DNA from: Candidatus Microgenomates bacterium
Lineage (GTDB): Bacteria; Patescibacteriota; Microgenomatia; UBA8517; JACQJR01
Assembly (NCBI GenBank): GCA_016204995.1
Contig: JACQJR010000001.1
Span: 473,666-537,665, forward strand
Length of the DNA: 64,000 nt
Direction of reading: 5' to 3'
In this document: positions 1 through 9,832 of the stretch, in pieces
Numbering within the stretch: position 1 is the stretch's first letter
Layout: each line of letters begins with the position of its first letter
Notes under the pieces: generated by a model
Databases searched by the model: none
Told to the model about the DNA's origin: nothing
The model's input: the letters and a program-made list of their open reading frames with translations, nothing else
Translations under genes and position numbers: made by a program

Positions 1-405
1 GCGGAGAATTGGCCAAAGTAATTCATTAAGCTTGTCAATTGAAACTCCGCCATTAGCCACACTAAAAACTTTATTAAAGACGGAAAATAAGCCAAAGAAG
101 ATAACCATCTGCAGAATTTGCGGCAGACAACCAGCCATTTGATTAACCCCATGTTGTTTATAAAGGTCTGTCTGGGCCTGCATTAGCTTCATTTTATCTC
201 CTTGGTGGCGAGCTTTCAGACGCGCCAGATGGGGCGCCAGCTCCTTTATTTTTTGCATTTGCTTTAGGCTGGGTAGGACCAGAGGTGTCAAAAGCAAACG
301 AATAGCCACTGTAAAGAGAATAATGGCCACCCCTAAATTGCCAAAGATTTTATAAAATATAATTAGGCCGTTTAATAATGGTTGAACAATCAGTAAATCC
401 CACAT
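1..405 (-). CDS. yidC: Membrane protein insertase YidC, partial. Start codon at 405; the gene continues past the window edge.
   Basis: Minus-strand translation from ATG at 403-405 gives MWDLLIVQPLLNGL...MAGCLPQILQMVIFFGLF, a typical YidC/Oxa1 motif. It sits in the canonical rpmH-rnpA-yidD-yidC order. Confidence 0.8.
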   Translation of the reverse strand, partial: MWDLLIVQPLLNGLIIFYKIFGNLGVAIILFTVAIRLLLTPLVLPSLKQMQKIKELAPHLARLKARHQGDKMKLMQAQTDLYKQHGVNQMAGCLPQILQMVIFFGLFSVFNKVFSVANGGVSIDKLNELLWPILR

Positions 406-407
406 AT

Positions 408-671
408 TTAAATTACCGGTTTATAACCACCTTTCCCGCCGGGATGGCAATTGGCAATTCTTTTAAATCCCATAGCGCCACCTCTTAACCAACCATATTT
501 TCTGACTGCTTGTTCAAAGTATTGCGAGCAAGTGGGAAAGTAGCGACAGCTGGAGTAAGTTCCAGTAAGTTGGTTTACCAAAGGAGATATCACTATTCTA
601 TAGAGCTTCATCCCCAAATTGAAAATTGAAAAGGGTGTTTCCTTTGGAAAGTGAAAATTGAAAATTATCAT
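408..671 (-). CDS. yidD: Membrane protein insertion efficiency factor YidD
   Basis: 87 aa with the YidD motif CRYFPTCSQYFEQAVRKYGWLRGGAMGFKRIANCHP. Lies between rnpA and yidC. Confidence 0.85.
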   Translation of the reverse strand: MIIFNFHFPKETPFSIFNLGMKLYRIVISPLVNQLTGTYSSCRYFPTCSQYFEQAVRKYGWLRGGAMGFKRIANCHPGGKGGYKPVI

Positions 672-1015
672 TATTTTATAGCTCCTATCTTGTTGAGAAC
701 CATAGCCAACACTTCTTCCGCCTCTTTTTGATTAGAATATAATAACTTATGTTTGGCTAAAATTACCACCATAAATCCCTTATCCATCTTTTCCAGCAAA
801 TGTCGTAAGGACTCCCGTAGAATTCTTTTAATCCTATTTCTATCCACCGCTCTTTTGGAAATTCGCTTTGAGACAATCAAACCAAAGCGGGATGGCAAGT
901 TATCAGTTAGTTTGAGATAGCCTAAACCAAACAAGCTTGTTTGCTCCATTAGTCCTTTTTTTAAAACACGATCGAAGTCGCGTTTTTCATTTAAGCGGTA
1001 TTGTGATGGAAGCAT
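671..1015 (-). CDS. rnpA: RNase P protein component
   Basis: 114 aa, basic. Position immediately downstream of rpmH and upstream of yidD is diagnostic. RnpA-like KRISKRAVDRNRIKRILRE motif. Confidence 0.8.
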   Translation of the reverse strand: MLPSQYRLNEKRDFDRVLKKGLMEQTSLFGLGYLKLTDNLPSRFGLIVSKRISKRAVDRNRIKRILRESLRHLLEKMDKGFMVVILAKHKLLYSNQKEAEEVLAMVLNKIGAIK

Positions 1016-1020
1016 AAAGA

Positions 1021-1106
1021 AAATTAACCTAATTAATCTAATTTCTAATTGACCTAAATTGGGATATTGGGATTTATTTAGAAATTAGATATTAGTAATT
1101 AGAAAT
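1021..1106. repeat. Partial copy of the AT-rich intergenic repeat family (aatttctaatt...cccaaattggga...gaaattag words)
   Basis: Shares the words taatttctaattgacctaaattggga and gaaattagatattag with copies at 9740, 18580, 19845, 21785, 22741 and 24606. Confidence 0.5.
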
Positions 1107-1244
1107 TTAAACGTTTAATCGCGCCCTACCCTTCTTTCGCCGGCTGGCCAAAACAGCTCTGCCTGTTCTAGTCCTCATTCGTTTTCTAAAACCATGGACA
1201 CGCGCTCGTTGTTTTTTATGTGGCTGATAAGTACGCTTAGGCAT
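1107..1244 (-). CDS. rpmH: 50S ribosomal protein L34. Not in the ORF track because it is under 60 aa.
   Basis: Minus-strand translation gives [45 protein letters not shown], a textbook L34 sequence. Confidence 0.85.
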   Translation of the reverse strand: MPKRTYQPHKKQRARVHGFRKRMRTRTGRAVLASRRKKGRARLNV

Positions 1245-1317
1245 ATTAATAAATTATACATTATACCTTCTCAATTGTAAATTAATTCTTCTTCGTCTTT
1301 TTTTCTTCTTGACTGAT

Positions 1318-1326
1318 TGTGGATAA
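1318..1326 (-). promoter_or_regulatory. Consensus DnaA box (TTATCCACA on the minus strand) in the rpmH-dnaA intergenic region, a candidate oriC element
   Basis: Exact tgtggataa, 52 bp upstream of the dnaA start, within an AT-rich spacer. Confidence 0.55.
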
Positions 1327-1377
1327 CTCTTGTAATAATACATACCAAACTCCTGCTCTGTTTCACCCCACAGTACC

Positions 1378-2772
1378 ATGGATGAACAACAAACTTTGTG
1401 GAAACAAACGCTGGAAGTGGTTAAAGTGTCTGTTTCGGCGGCCACTTTTTCTACTTGGTTTAGCCAAACATTTATTGTCAAAATTACTCCAGCCGCGCCT
1501 GACCGTCAAACAGTAGAAATCGGCTGCCCTTCCTCCTATATTTCTAACACCTTGGAAAAGCGCTATTTTGGCCTTTTACAAGATGGTTTAAATCAAATTA
1601 CTAAAAAAACCAATAATCTTATCTTTATAGTTAAACAAAATCCGTTTTTTGCCAAAACCAAAACAGAAATTGCTTCTCCGTTATTTAATCAAACCATACC
1701 TAGCTCCGACCATCTTAAAGACAGGCTAATCCGAGCCGGCTTACCAATCCATTTTACCTTTGAAAATTTTGCGGTTTCTGGATCTAATCAACTGGCTTGG
1801 GCCGCAGCCAACGCGGTAGCTAAAAATCCCGGCCATGCCTATAATCCTTTATTTATCTGGGGCGGAGTAGGGGTGGGTAAAACTCATTTAGCGATCGCTA
1901 CAGCCAGAGAAATTATTACCAGCCTTAACGACACCAAAGTTCTTTATTGCACTGGGGAAGAATTTATGGTGGAAATTATCAACGCCATCCGCACCAAAAC
2001 TACCAATGACTTCAAAAAAAAGTACCGCAATATTGAAGTATTAGTAATTGATGATGTCCAATTTATTGCCGGCAAACCTACAGTTCAGGAAGAATTTTTC
2101 CACACTTTTAATGCTATCCAAAAGGCCGGCAGCCAAATTATTATGACCAGCGACATGCCGCCTAATGATATTCCCAAACTGGCTGACCGTTTGCGCAGCC
2201 GTTTTGAAGCCGGCCTTATTGTAGATATTGGTCAACCCGACTTTGAACTACTATGCGCCATTCTTTTAATTAAAGTTAAAGAAAAAGAAATTGATCTGCC
2301 GATAGAGAGCATTCAAAAAATCGCTTCTTGTGTTGATTCACCAAGAGCTTTGGAAGGGTTTTTAATTAAACTCCAGTCTCAATCTAAATTACTTAATAAT
2401 CCTATCACTGAAGAATTAATTAATAAAATGACCGGCCAAAAAGAGGGAGTTAATAACTCCACTAATGGTAATGGCCAAAGCCACCAAGTTTCACCCCAGG
2501 AAGTTATTTCCCGGGTTTGTAATTATTTTTCGGTGCCTAAAAAGGCTATTATTGCTCATGGCCGGACTAAAACTTTAGCTCATGCCCGTCAGGTTTTAAT
2601 GTATATTTTAAGAGTAGAAATGAAATTATCTCTAGAAGAAATTGGTCATATTTTAGGTGATCGGGACCATACCACTGTTTTATATGGAGTAGGTAAAATT
2701 AATGAACTTATCCCCACATCTGGCGATGTGGAACAGCAAATCCTGGGGATAAAAAAACAATTATGGGGATAA
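1378..2772 (+). CDS. dnaA: Chromosomal replication initiator DnaA
   Basis: 464 aa. Walker A GGVGVGKTHL, AAA+ box VLVIDDVQFIAGK, and a C-terminal DNA-binding helix-turn-helix (VLMYILRVEMKLSLEEIG). Confidence 0.95.
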   Translation: MDEQQTLWKQTLEVVKVSVSAATFSTWFSQTFIVKITPAAPDRQTVEIGCPSSYISNTLEKRYFGLLQDGLNQITKKTNNLIFIVKQNPFFAKTKTEIASPLFNQTIPSSDHLKDRLIRAGLPIHFTFENFAVSGSNQLAWAAANAVAKNPGHAYNPLFIWGGVGVGKTHLAIATAREIITSLNDTKVLYCTGEEFMVEIINAIRTKTTNDFKKKYRNIEVLVIDDVQFIAGKPTVQEEFFHTFNAIQKAGSQIIMTSDMPPNDIPKLADRLRSRFEAGLIVDIGQPDFELLCAILLIKVKEKEIDLPIESIQKIASCVDSPRALEGFLIKLQSQSKLLNNPITEELINKMTGQKEGVNNSTNGNGQSHQVSPQEVISRVCNYFSVPKKAIIAHGRTKTLAHARQVLMYILRVEMKLSLEEIGHILGDRDHTTVLYGVGKINELIPTSGDVEQQILGIKKQLWG

Positions 2773-2918
2773 TTTTTAAATTATTAACAAACTAGTTTAG
2801 TTATCAAGATTGATTATTAACACAAGATCGTATTTAATATACACATTGGTATTTAAGTTGGTGTAGGCTTAATTATTCAGATATCAACAGTTACTACTAC
2901 AACTACTAGTATTAATAT

Positions 2919-4025
2919 ATGCAAATATCACTATTACAAGAAGAATTAATAAAGGGGATAAATACAGTTTACCGCTTTGTCAGTACTAAATCTCAACTTC
3001 CCATTCTTTCCCATATTCTAATTTCAATTGAAAAAGGTAGAATTAGACTTTGTGGTACTAATTTAGAATCAGGTATTAATTATTGGTTAGGAGCAAAGGT
3101 AGAAGAAGATGGGCAAATAGCAGTTCCAGCCAAGATTTTAGTAGATACTATTAGTAGTTTAAAACCGGGTAAAATAGAACTTACGGAAAAAGAGGGAATA
3201 TTAACCATCTCTTCTGGTAATTCATTAATTACTATTCCTACTATTCCAGCTAATGATTTCCCCCAAGTTGATTATGAGTTATCTAAACAAAAAATAGTTT
3301 TACCTAAAAATTTACTTGAAAGTATTGTTCATCAAGTATTATTTACCGCCGGAGGCGAGGAAGGGAGAGTAGAATTTACTGGGGTGTTATTTTGGCCTCG
3401 TGATAAAGAATTAGTAGTGGTAGCTACAGACGGTGTCAGATTATCTGTTAAAAGATTAACTACCTCTCTGGATTTACCAGGAAAAATGTTAATTCCCGCT
3501 AAAATTATCGGTGAAATTAATAAAATTTTTAATAACTCTGAAGTTAAATTTAGTTTTGATGAAGATAAAAATCAGGCATTATTTGGTAATGAAGATATAG
3601 TAGTAGTTTCTAAAGTATTGGATAGCGAGAAATATCCTGATTTTGAGCGAATTATTCCTCAAGGTGTTAATGTTACCATACTAGCTGATAAAGAAGAATT
3701 ACAAAATACCCTGAAACTCTCGGCTATTTTTTCCCGAGATTATGGAGTAAGACTAGAATTTGCCAATAATGAATGTGTTTTGGTTTCGGAAAATCCCCAA
3801 ACTGGCACTCAAAAATCCACAATTCCGGTTAAACTGGAGGGTGATAGTTTAATTATCTCCTTTAACTGGCGTTTTCTTAATGACTTTTTAAATTCAGTGA
3901 GTGGTAGCGAGGTAGAATTTAAGTTTGTTAATAATATGTCGCCTGGTTTATTTATTGACCCCAAAGACAAAACCTATACTCATTTAATTATGCCCATCCG
4001 GACTAACGAAGCAGAAAGTAGTTAG
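2919..4025 (+). CDS. dnaN: DNA polymerase III beta sliding clamp
   Basis: 368 aa immediately after dnaA. Three-domain clamp-like length. N-terminus MQISLLQEELIKGINTVYRFV is typical. Confidence 0.9.
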   Translation: MQISLLQEELIKGINTVYRFVSTKSQLPILSHILISIEKGRIRLCGTNLESGINYWLGAKVEEDGQIAVPAKILVDTISSLKPGKIELTEKEGILTISSGNSLITIPTIPANDFPQVDYELSKQKIVLPKNLLESIVHQVLFTAGGEEGRVEFTGVLFWPRDKELVVVATDGVRLSVKRLTTSLDLPGKMLIPAKIIGEINKIFNNSEVKFSFDEDKNQALFGNEDIVVVSKVLDSEKYPDFERIIPQGVNVTILADKEELQNTLKLSAIFSRDYGVRLEFANNECVLVSENPQTGTQKSTIPVKLEGDSLIISFNWRFLNDFLNSVSGSEVEFKFVNNMSPGLFIDPKDKTYTHLIMPIRTNEAESS

Positions 4026-4968
4026 AAGAAATGGCTGGGATACCTATTTGGGCAGTATTATTTTCTCCACCCAGAATAAATACCGGTGAAAGGATGGTAT
4101 TTTTAGGAGATAGGTAATAAACCAATTTACTTTTAGTGATTCCCAAACTATTGAGGGTAATTTGATCGTTTTCAGTAGATTGTCCACTATTAAAAATTTT
4201 TCCTTCAGTTAAAATCATTGCCTGGATTTCGCGAATATTTTTCAAAGGATAAGATGGGCCGGCTGTTAAATTAGGCAAAATAGTTGTTTTTAAGCTGTAA
4301 AGAGTTTTGTCGCGGCTAATTCTCATTATGGCTAGAGGTTGGCCAAAAAAGGTGGTAATGGAGATGTTATTAATTTGGGGAGTGGCAGTTAATTCCAGTA
4401 AATTTGCCCGGCTGATATCAGTTTCAGCTAAATTGTAGCCATTAGTTTTCAAAAAGCGCGTTTGTTGGACTTTAAATTCTAAATTTGAACTCAAACCTAA
4501 ATTTTTCGCCAGCTCGTTAAATAAATTTTCTACTTCATCGGTAGTGGGAAAAGGAAGTGTATTATCCTGGGGAGCTTGATAATGACCAAAACTAATTTCC
4601 CCATTGTTAATATTAACTGACAAAAACTTATCCTGATCATTCCAATAATAAACAGTTGATTGGGAATCCTGGACCATAGAAGGGGAGACAGTGAAGTTTA
4701 ATATTTTGGCTATATTGTTAATTTGTTCACTGGTTAAAGCAGTGTTTTTATAAGTATAAATAACAGCTTGGGTGGGAAGTGGGCTAGTGATATTAAAACT
4801 CAAAGAAGTATTAAGACTAATAGCCGGCCCTTCCAGTTCGGAGATGGTGATTTTTGGTAGGATGGGTAGTTTTTGTAAAGATTGGCCATATAACCATAGG
4901 GTTACCAAAAAAGTAGCCAACGCTCCTAAAAATATAAATAGCCAGTGCTTTTTAAGAAAATTAATCAT
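4003..4968 (-). CDS. Hypothetical membrane-anchored protein. Last gene of the T4SS-like operon.
   Basis: One N-terminal TM helix (HWLFIFLGALATFLVTLWLY), then a large extracytoplasmic domain. Start taken at the internal Met (MINFLKK) to avoid overlap with the upstream stop. Confidence 0.45.
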   Translation of the reverse strand: MINFLKKHWLFIFLGALATFLVTLWLYGQSLQKLPILPKITISELEGPAISLNTSLSFNITSPLPTQAVIYTYKNTALTSEQINNIAKILNFTVSPSMVQDSQSTVYYWNDQDKFLSVNINNGEISFGHYQAPQDNTLPFPTTDEVENLFNELAKNLGLSSNLEFKVQQTRFLKTNGYNLAETDISRANLLELTATPQINNISITTFFGQPLAIMRISRDKTLYSLKTTILPNLTAGPSYPLKNIREIQAMILTEGKIFNSGQSTENDQITLNSLGITKSKLVYYLSPKNTILSPVFILGGENNTAQIGIPAISSNYFLLR

Positions 4969-4970
4969 CT

Positions 4971-7241
4971 TTACCAACTGACTCCGCAATTATCAGCACA
5001 ACCCCGTTTAATTGCCAACGGAATAAATGGTGGTTCTATTGGTAAGCCTATAAATTGATAATGTAAATGCGGTCCTGTGGTGTAGGCGCCGGTGTTGCCG
5101 ACATTGCCTACCCGCTCTCCTTTATTAACATTTCTATTAATAATATCAGCATTATAAGAAGATAAATGGACGTAGCGGCTTCTGAATTCTTTACCGTTGC
5201 AAACTCCTACCACTTCCACTACATTGCCGCCGCCATAGGTGGGAGTATAAATAGCCCGGCCTTGATGGCTGGTAAAAACCGGCGTACCCACTTCATTGCC
5301 GCCAATATCTAAAGCCTCCAGGCTTTGATGTGAGTAGACTCCATCAGGACCTTGAGTAACTGTACCATGTTCTAACGGCCAGCCGGAGGGACAATCTTGT
5401 GGTGGAGAGCCGATGATGATGGTGACAGTCGTGCTATTGGTTTGAGTAGGTTGTTTTTCCACCGAAGCAGAAACAGTGACGGTGTTAATTAATAAACTAT
5501 CTTTCAACTGTTCTTTAATCTGACTAACATCAACAGTAAAAGTTTTTTGCCAACTATCAATTATTTCATCAGCCGTCCAGCTTTGAGAAGGAATAGTCGG
5601 GGCACTGCCTTGTTTACTGACGGTAAATTTATCTTCAATGGTGGCAGCAGTTAATTTGCCGCTTTTAGGAGAAACGGTAATGGTATAGGAAATACTATCA
5701 GGCAGATTGTCGTTGGTAAAAATTGTTTGGGGAGTGGTTTTAACGATGTTAATATATTTTGATTCTTCTTCTGCTCCGCCTAAAAAGGCGCTTTGGTGGG
5801 TATTAATATTAATCATAGTTAGTAAGATTAATACAGCAAAAATTCCAATAATAACTGCTAATACAATACCCCCTGAAACACCGGCAATGGTACCACCAAA
5901 CACCCCACTTACAGAAACTCCACCCAGGGAAGTTAAGCCTTTGAGAAAATTAAGGCCACCGCCTAAAAATTTACCCATTCCAGAAAAACCAGCTTGTAGG
6001 CCGCGAGCAGTAAGAGTTTGACCTGGACCAGTGATGGCGCGAGTGGCCATCTGTCCAATCTGACCTACCTGCGTAGGCAGGCCCACCGGACCAAAACCTA
6101 AAGCACTTTTCAAATCCTGGGGTGCACGAATGGTAATAATTTGTAATCGGGAGATAATGTTTGCTGATAAGTTACGCAAAGGAGAAGTAATAGTTCTAAC
6201 CAAAGGGCTTTGGCCAAGGCTGGTTAAGATGTTTTTTCTATTGCCGCCAGTGGTATTTTCCACTCCAACAAGCTTTTGATTTAGATCAAGTTTCAACTTA
6301 AAAACTTCCAGCTTAGCTTTTAATTGAGGTGTGGGTTCGCCAGAGCCACCAGCAATAGGTGGGCGGGTAGACATTGACCATTGGATATTTTCCGGATGAT
6401 TAATAGTATTAAGAATTGAAGAAAGTAAAGGATGTTGTCTTTCCCAGAGATTAAGAATACTAGCTTGTTTGAGTATGGCTTGGGCTACGTGGCGTTCACT
6501 TAAAGATGCTGTTTGACTAAAATTATTGGCGGCAGTAGTCAGTGATTGAGCAGTTACCCCCACTTGAGCTAGAGCTAAAGTAGAAGCTCCTTGAGGATTT
6601 TGTTTACCGAGAGCTTCTTGACCGAGAGAAATAGTACCTCGGATAATTTGTAAAGGTAAAGAGGAAATGGCATTGGTGACTTCTTTTAAAATAGGGGCGC
6701 TAACTTGGTTTTTGACTAGGTAAACTTCGCTGGGAACTGATTCAGTAGTGGGGGTAGAAGTTGGGGGCTGTGGGGCGGGCCGCAGGCTTTGAGCGCCTGC
6801 AGTGAGCGAAGTCGAACTGGGGTTAAGGGGTGGAGTGGCAGGAGAAGTAGTAGTAATAACCGGTCTTGTCTTAGTTAATGGTTCTGTTGTAGCCGCAGGC
6901 TGATCTGGCGGTTGGAATTTACCTTCTTTAATTAAATATTGGGCTACCACATATTGTCTAACCCATCTGCGGGCGTTCATTTTTATTTCTTCGTTGCGAC
7001 TTTGAACATCTTCCAGTTTTTGCACTAATTCTTTAAGGTTAGGGGGAATATTGGCAGTCAATTCACCACCGGCTATTTTTTCCAAAGTGATCACAACTTG
7101 TGAGAGGTCTTGCTTACCGAATAATTCAGTGACTATTTGGAAGAATTCTTCCCGGCTAAAATCCTGCCATATGAGCAAATGGGGGTCGCCGGCAAAGGCT
7201 TTAACGCCTTGCAATAAAAAATTGGCTAAATTTTGATTCAT
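4971..7241 (-). CDS. Membrane-anchored M23 (LytM-type) peptidoglycan peptidase. Cell-wall hydrolase of the T4SS-like locus (PrgK/TcpG-like role).
   Basis: 756 aa. Central TM cluster (IVLAVIIGIFAVLILL). The C-terminus has M23 motifs (HQSLEALDIG, GPHLHYQF). It is translationally coupled to virB4 by an ATGA overlap. Confidence 0.6.
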   Translation of the reverse strand: MNQNLANFLLQGVKAFAGDPHLLIWQDFSREEFFQIVTELFGKQDLSQVVITLEKIAGGELTANIPPNLKELVQKLEDVQSRNEEIKMNARRWVRQYVVAQYLIKEGKFQPPDQPAATTEPLTKTRPVITTTSPATPPLNPSSTSLTAGAQSLRPAPQPPTSTPTTESVPSEVYLVKNQVSAPILKEVTNAISSLPLQIIRGTISLGQEALGKQNPQGASTLALAQVGVTAQSLTTAANNFSQTASLSERHVAQAILKQASILNLWERQHPLLSSILNTINHPENIQWSMSTRPPIAGGSGEPTPQLKAKLEVFKLKLDLNQKLVGVENTTGGNRKNILTSLGQSPLVRTITSPLRNLSANIISRLQIITIRAPQDLKSALGFGPVGLPTQVGQIGQMATRAITGPGQTLTARGLQAGFSGMGKFLGGGLNFLKGLTSLGGVSVSGVFGGTIAGVSGGIVLAVIIGIFAVLILLTMININTHQSAFLGGAEEESKYINIVKTTPQTIFTNDNLPDSISYTITVSPKSGKLTAATIEDKFTVSKQGSAPTIPSQSWTADEIIDSWQKTFTVDVSQIKEQLKDSLLINTVTVSASVEKQPTQTNSTTVTIIIGSPPQDCPSGWPLEHGTVTQGPDGVYSHQSLEALDIGGNEVGTPVFTSHQGRAIYTPTYGGGNVVEVVGVCNGKEFRSRYVHLSSYNADIINRNVNKGERVGNVGNTGAYTTGPHLHYQFIGLPIEPPFIPLAIKRGCADNCGVSW

Positions 7242-9736
7242 GTTGACGGTTTGGGATTAGGAGTGAGGTTCCAAGTGACAGTGGCGGGTATGGTAGCAGT
7301 GGGTGGTTCTGGATTAGGGGCGGGTTGTGGATTTTGAATTGAGCCGAAGGATTGCCTAGCAGCTAGTTCTTCCGGCTTAGTAGTGATTAACGCATGTTCT
7401 TTTTCCGAAGCGACCGAGCGCATGGCGACGTGATGGGGTCCGGCAAAGAAAATACCTTCGCCAATATCAGCAGATAACAATAATTGTTTTTCTCCTTCAG
7501 AGAGATGAAAAACCTCACCCACCCGGTCAATAGCGCTAGCCGATTGTTTCATCAGAATCCGCATGGCGGCATTATTAACAATGGCTTTGCCGATTTCTTG
7601 AGCCAAGAAATCTTCTACGTCTTGGGTAATAGTGGATAGTCCCAGCCAATATTTACGGGCTCGCTTGGCAACAGACCATAGAAACATGGCTGAGTCTGGA
7701 TAGCGCATCATATGCCAAGCTTCATCCACAATTAAAATCCGCCGCTTGATATCGCGCCGGACCCTGGTCCAGATAAAGTCCAGAATAATAAACATGGCAA
7801 TTGGCCGCAAGGCATCCTCCAAGTCCCGCACGGAAAAAACCGTAAAAGGATTGGTAATATCAACCGTGGTATGCTGGTCAAAGATGCCGGTAAAACTACC
7901 CTTGACAAATTTTTCCAAACGGGCGGCTAAATTGGCCGCTTCCGGCTCTTCCATGCCGATAAAAGTTTTATATAAATCTTCCATTAAAGGGGCTTCGCGG
8001 TTGTGCGTTTGGGGGTCTTGGGTGATGCCTTTGGCCCGATAGGTAGATATCATCGCTCTGTCCAGCAAAGCCTCTTCCTGGGGCGTTAGTGCGCCCATAA
8101 TAACCTTAAAAAGGGAGTGGAGAGATAATAGTTTTAATGCCAGTTGGTTTTCCCCCGGCGCCTGGACGGTTTGTAAGTCAAAAGGATTAATTTTACTGGG
8201 GGAGCCAAAAGAAAAAGAAATTAATTGGCCGCCGACTGCTTCACATAAAGTCTGATATTCTGCTTCCGGGTCAATAATAATTATTTCTGTGCCTACCATC
8301 AAATAGCGTACAGCTTCTAATTTTACAAAGTAAGATTTGCCGCTGCCGGAAGTACCAAAAATAGTGGTATTGGGATTTTCCAGCTTAAAGCGGTCAAAAA
8401 TAATTAAAGAACCATTGTCTTCGTTAATGCCATACATTACCCCTTCTTCTTGAGATAGTTCTGCCGAGGTAAAGGGAAAGGTGGTAGACAGAGAAGAAGT
8501 GTCCATATTGCGGGTGATGGTCAACTCGTCATAACCCAAGGGCAAAGAAGAAATAAAGCCGTCTTCTTGAGACAGAGTAGCGGGTTTGGCATTAATTAAT
8601 AAAGCTCCTAAAGTGGACTGGATTTGTTTGGTAACATTTTCCAATTCTTCCCGATTGTCCGCCGGGATGGTAATGTAAAAACCAAACTGGAAAAAACGTT
8701 CGGCACCCCGCACCAGCTGCTCTTGCAGGCCAATAGCATCTTCCAGTTTAGCTTGGGTGCCGGGATTAATAATCCGGCCCCGTTGGACATCAGTAGATAT
8801 TTCTGCTTCCATCTCGGCAATTTTGCGGCGCAAATCATCCAAGACAGTTTTTCCTTCTACCGGATAGATAAAGAAAGATAAATTAAGAGTGTGGTCAAAA
8901 TTAATAATCGGATCCAGCCAGCCGGCGGTGACAAAGCGGGGATACCCCGAGACAAAGATGGTGCGATATAAACGGTTGTCCATATTAATAAAGGAAAAAT
9001 CAATTTCCATAGACAGGGGGGAGAGCAAATCTACCAAATTATTGTTATCATTTTGCAGGCCTGCCTGCGCAGACAGGCTGGAGCGCTCCAGATTTAAAGT
9101 TTGCTGTTGAGCCAGTAATTTATCCCGTATTTGCGGATTATAAAGTTCAAAGAAAACATCAGTCAGTTCGTCGGTGGTTAGTTGTCTAATTTTTAATCCC
9201 AGTCTGCCGGCCTGGCGGATTAAGTGATCGCGTTTAGGGTAAAGAGAAGTTTTGGCCTTTTTAATAATATAAGAACGGGAATAAGGTAATTTTTTCGGTT
9301 TTCTGGCCAACGTCAATAAAGCTTGCTTGACTCCTAATTCTAAAGGAGAGAAAGGAATAACAATAAAAAATCTTTTAGACAGCACCCCTTTTTTCTTGAC
9401 AGTTTGAGAAATAAAGTTTTTATACTCATCCATCATTTGTGACAGTTTGGGATTGGTTTGCTTTTGCCGGGCCTCTTCTAAAAAGTCCAGATACTGCAGA
9501 ACATCTTTTTTCTCTGAGCGAACGACAATTTGGGTGGGGAATGAAAGAGAGTTAATAAAGGAGGCGTAAGCGGCCAGAATAGCTTCCTGTTCCCGTTCAG
9601 ATAGTAAAGAAAAATTAAGGGAAGTAGAAGTAAGTACTAAAGCCGCGCCGCCATTTTTTAAAAGAACTAAATCTTCGGCAATATCGGCAATAGGTAACTG
9701 TGTTTGGGTGGAGGCAGTGATCGGTTTAGCAGCCAT
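7238..9736 (-). CDS. virB4: VirB4/TrbE/TraC-family type IV secretion ATPase
   Basis: 832 aa. Walker A GTSGSGKS, Walker B ILIVDEAWHMM, and a VirB4-like LGLSTITQDVEDF segment. Confidence 0.8.
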   Translation of the reverse strand: MAAKPITASTQTQLPIADIAEDLVLLKNGGAALVLTSTSLNFSLLSEREQEAILAAYASFINSLSFPTQIVVRSEKKDVLQYLDFLEEARQKQTNPKLSQMMDEYKNFISQTVKKKGVLSKRFFIVIPFSPLELGVKQALLTLARKPKKLPYSRSYIIKKAKTSLYPKRDHLIRQAGRLGLKIRQLTTDELTDVFFELYNPQIRDKLLAQQQTLNLERSSLSAQAGLQNDNNNLVDLLSPLSMEIDFSFINMDNRLYRTIFVSGYPRFVTAGWLDPIINFDHTLNLSFFIYPVEGKTVLDDLRRKIAEMEAEISTDVQRGRIINPGTQAKLEDAIGLQEQLVRGAERFFQFGFYITIPADNREELENVTKQIQSTLGALLINAKPATLSQEDGFISSLPLGYDELTITRNMDTSSLSTTFPFTSAELSQEEGVMYGINEDNGSLIIFDRFKLENPNTTIFGTSGSGKSYFVKLEAVRYLMVGTEIIIIDPEAEYQTLCEAVGGQLISFSFGSPSKINPFDLQTVQAPGENQLALKLLSLHSLFKVIMGALTPQEEALLDRAMISTYRAKGITQDPQTHNREAPLMEDLYKTFIGMEEPEAANLAARLEKFVKGSFTGIFDQHTTVDITNPFTVFSVRDLEDALRPIAMFIILDFIWTRVRRDIKRRILIVDEAWHMMRYPDSAMFLWSVAKRARKYWLGLSTITQDVEDFLAQEIGKAIVNNAAMRILMKQSASAIDRVGEVFHLSEGEKQLLLSADIGEGIFFAGPHHVAMRSVASEKEHALITTKPEELAARQSFGSIQNPQPAPNPEPPTATIPATVTWNLTPNPKPST

Positions 9737-9739
9737 AAC

Positions 9740-9832
9740 ATTAAATTTTTAATTTCTAATTACTAATTTCTAATCAAATCCCAAATTGGGAAATTTCTAA
9801 ATCTTGGTAATTTTTTAGGTCAATTCTTTAAT
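9740..9832. repeat. Intergenic repeat copy (module A plus a partial module B) upstream of virB4
   Basis: ttaatttctaattactaatttctaatcaaatcccaaattgggaaatttctaa...ttaggtcaatt, directly abutting the virB4 start codon. Confidence 0.6.

Noticed and set aside
1254-2235. Short ORFs overlapping dnaA and its upstream region (1254..1481 -, 1319..1516 +, 2041..2235 -)
   Set aside because: Embedded in or antisense to dnaA and the oriC spacer, with no motifs. Alternative-frame artefacts.
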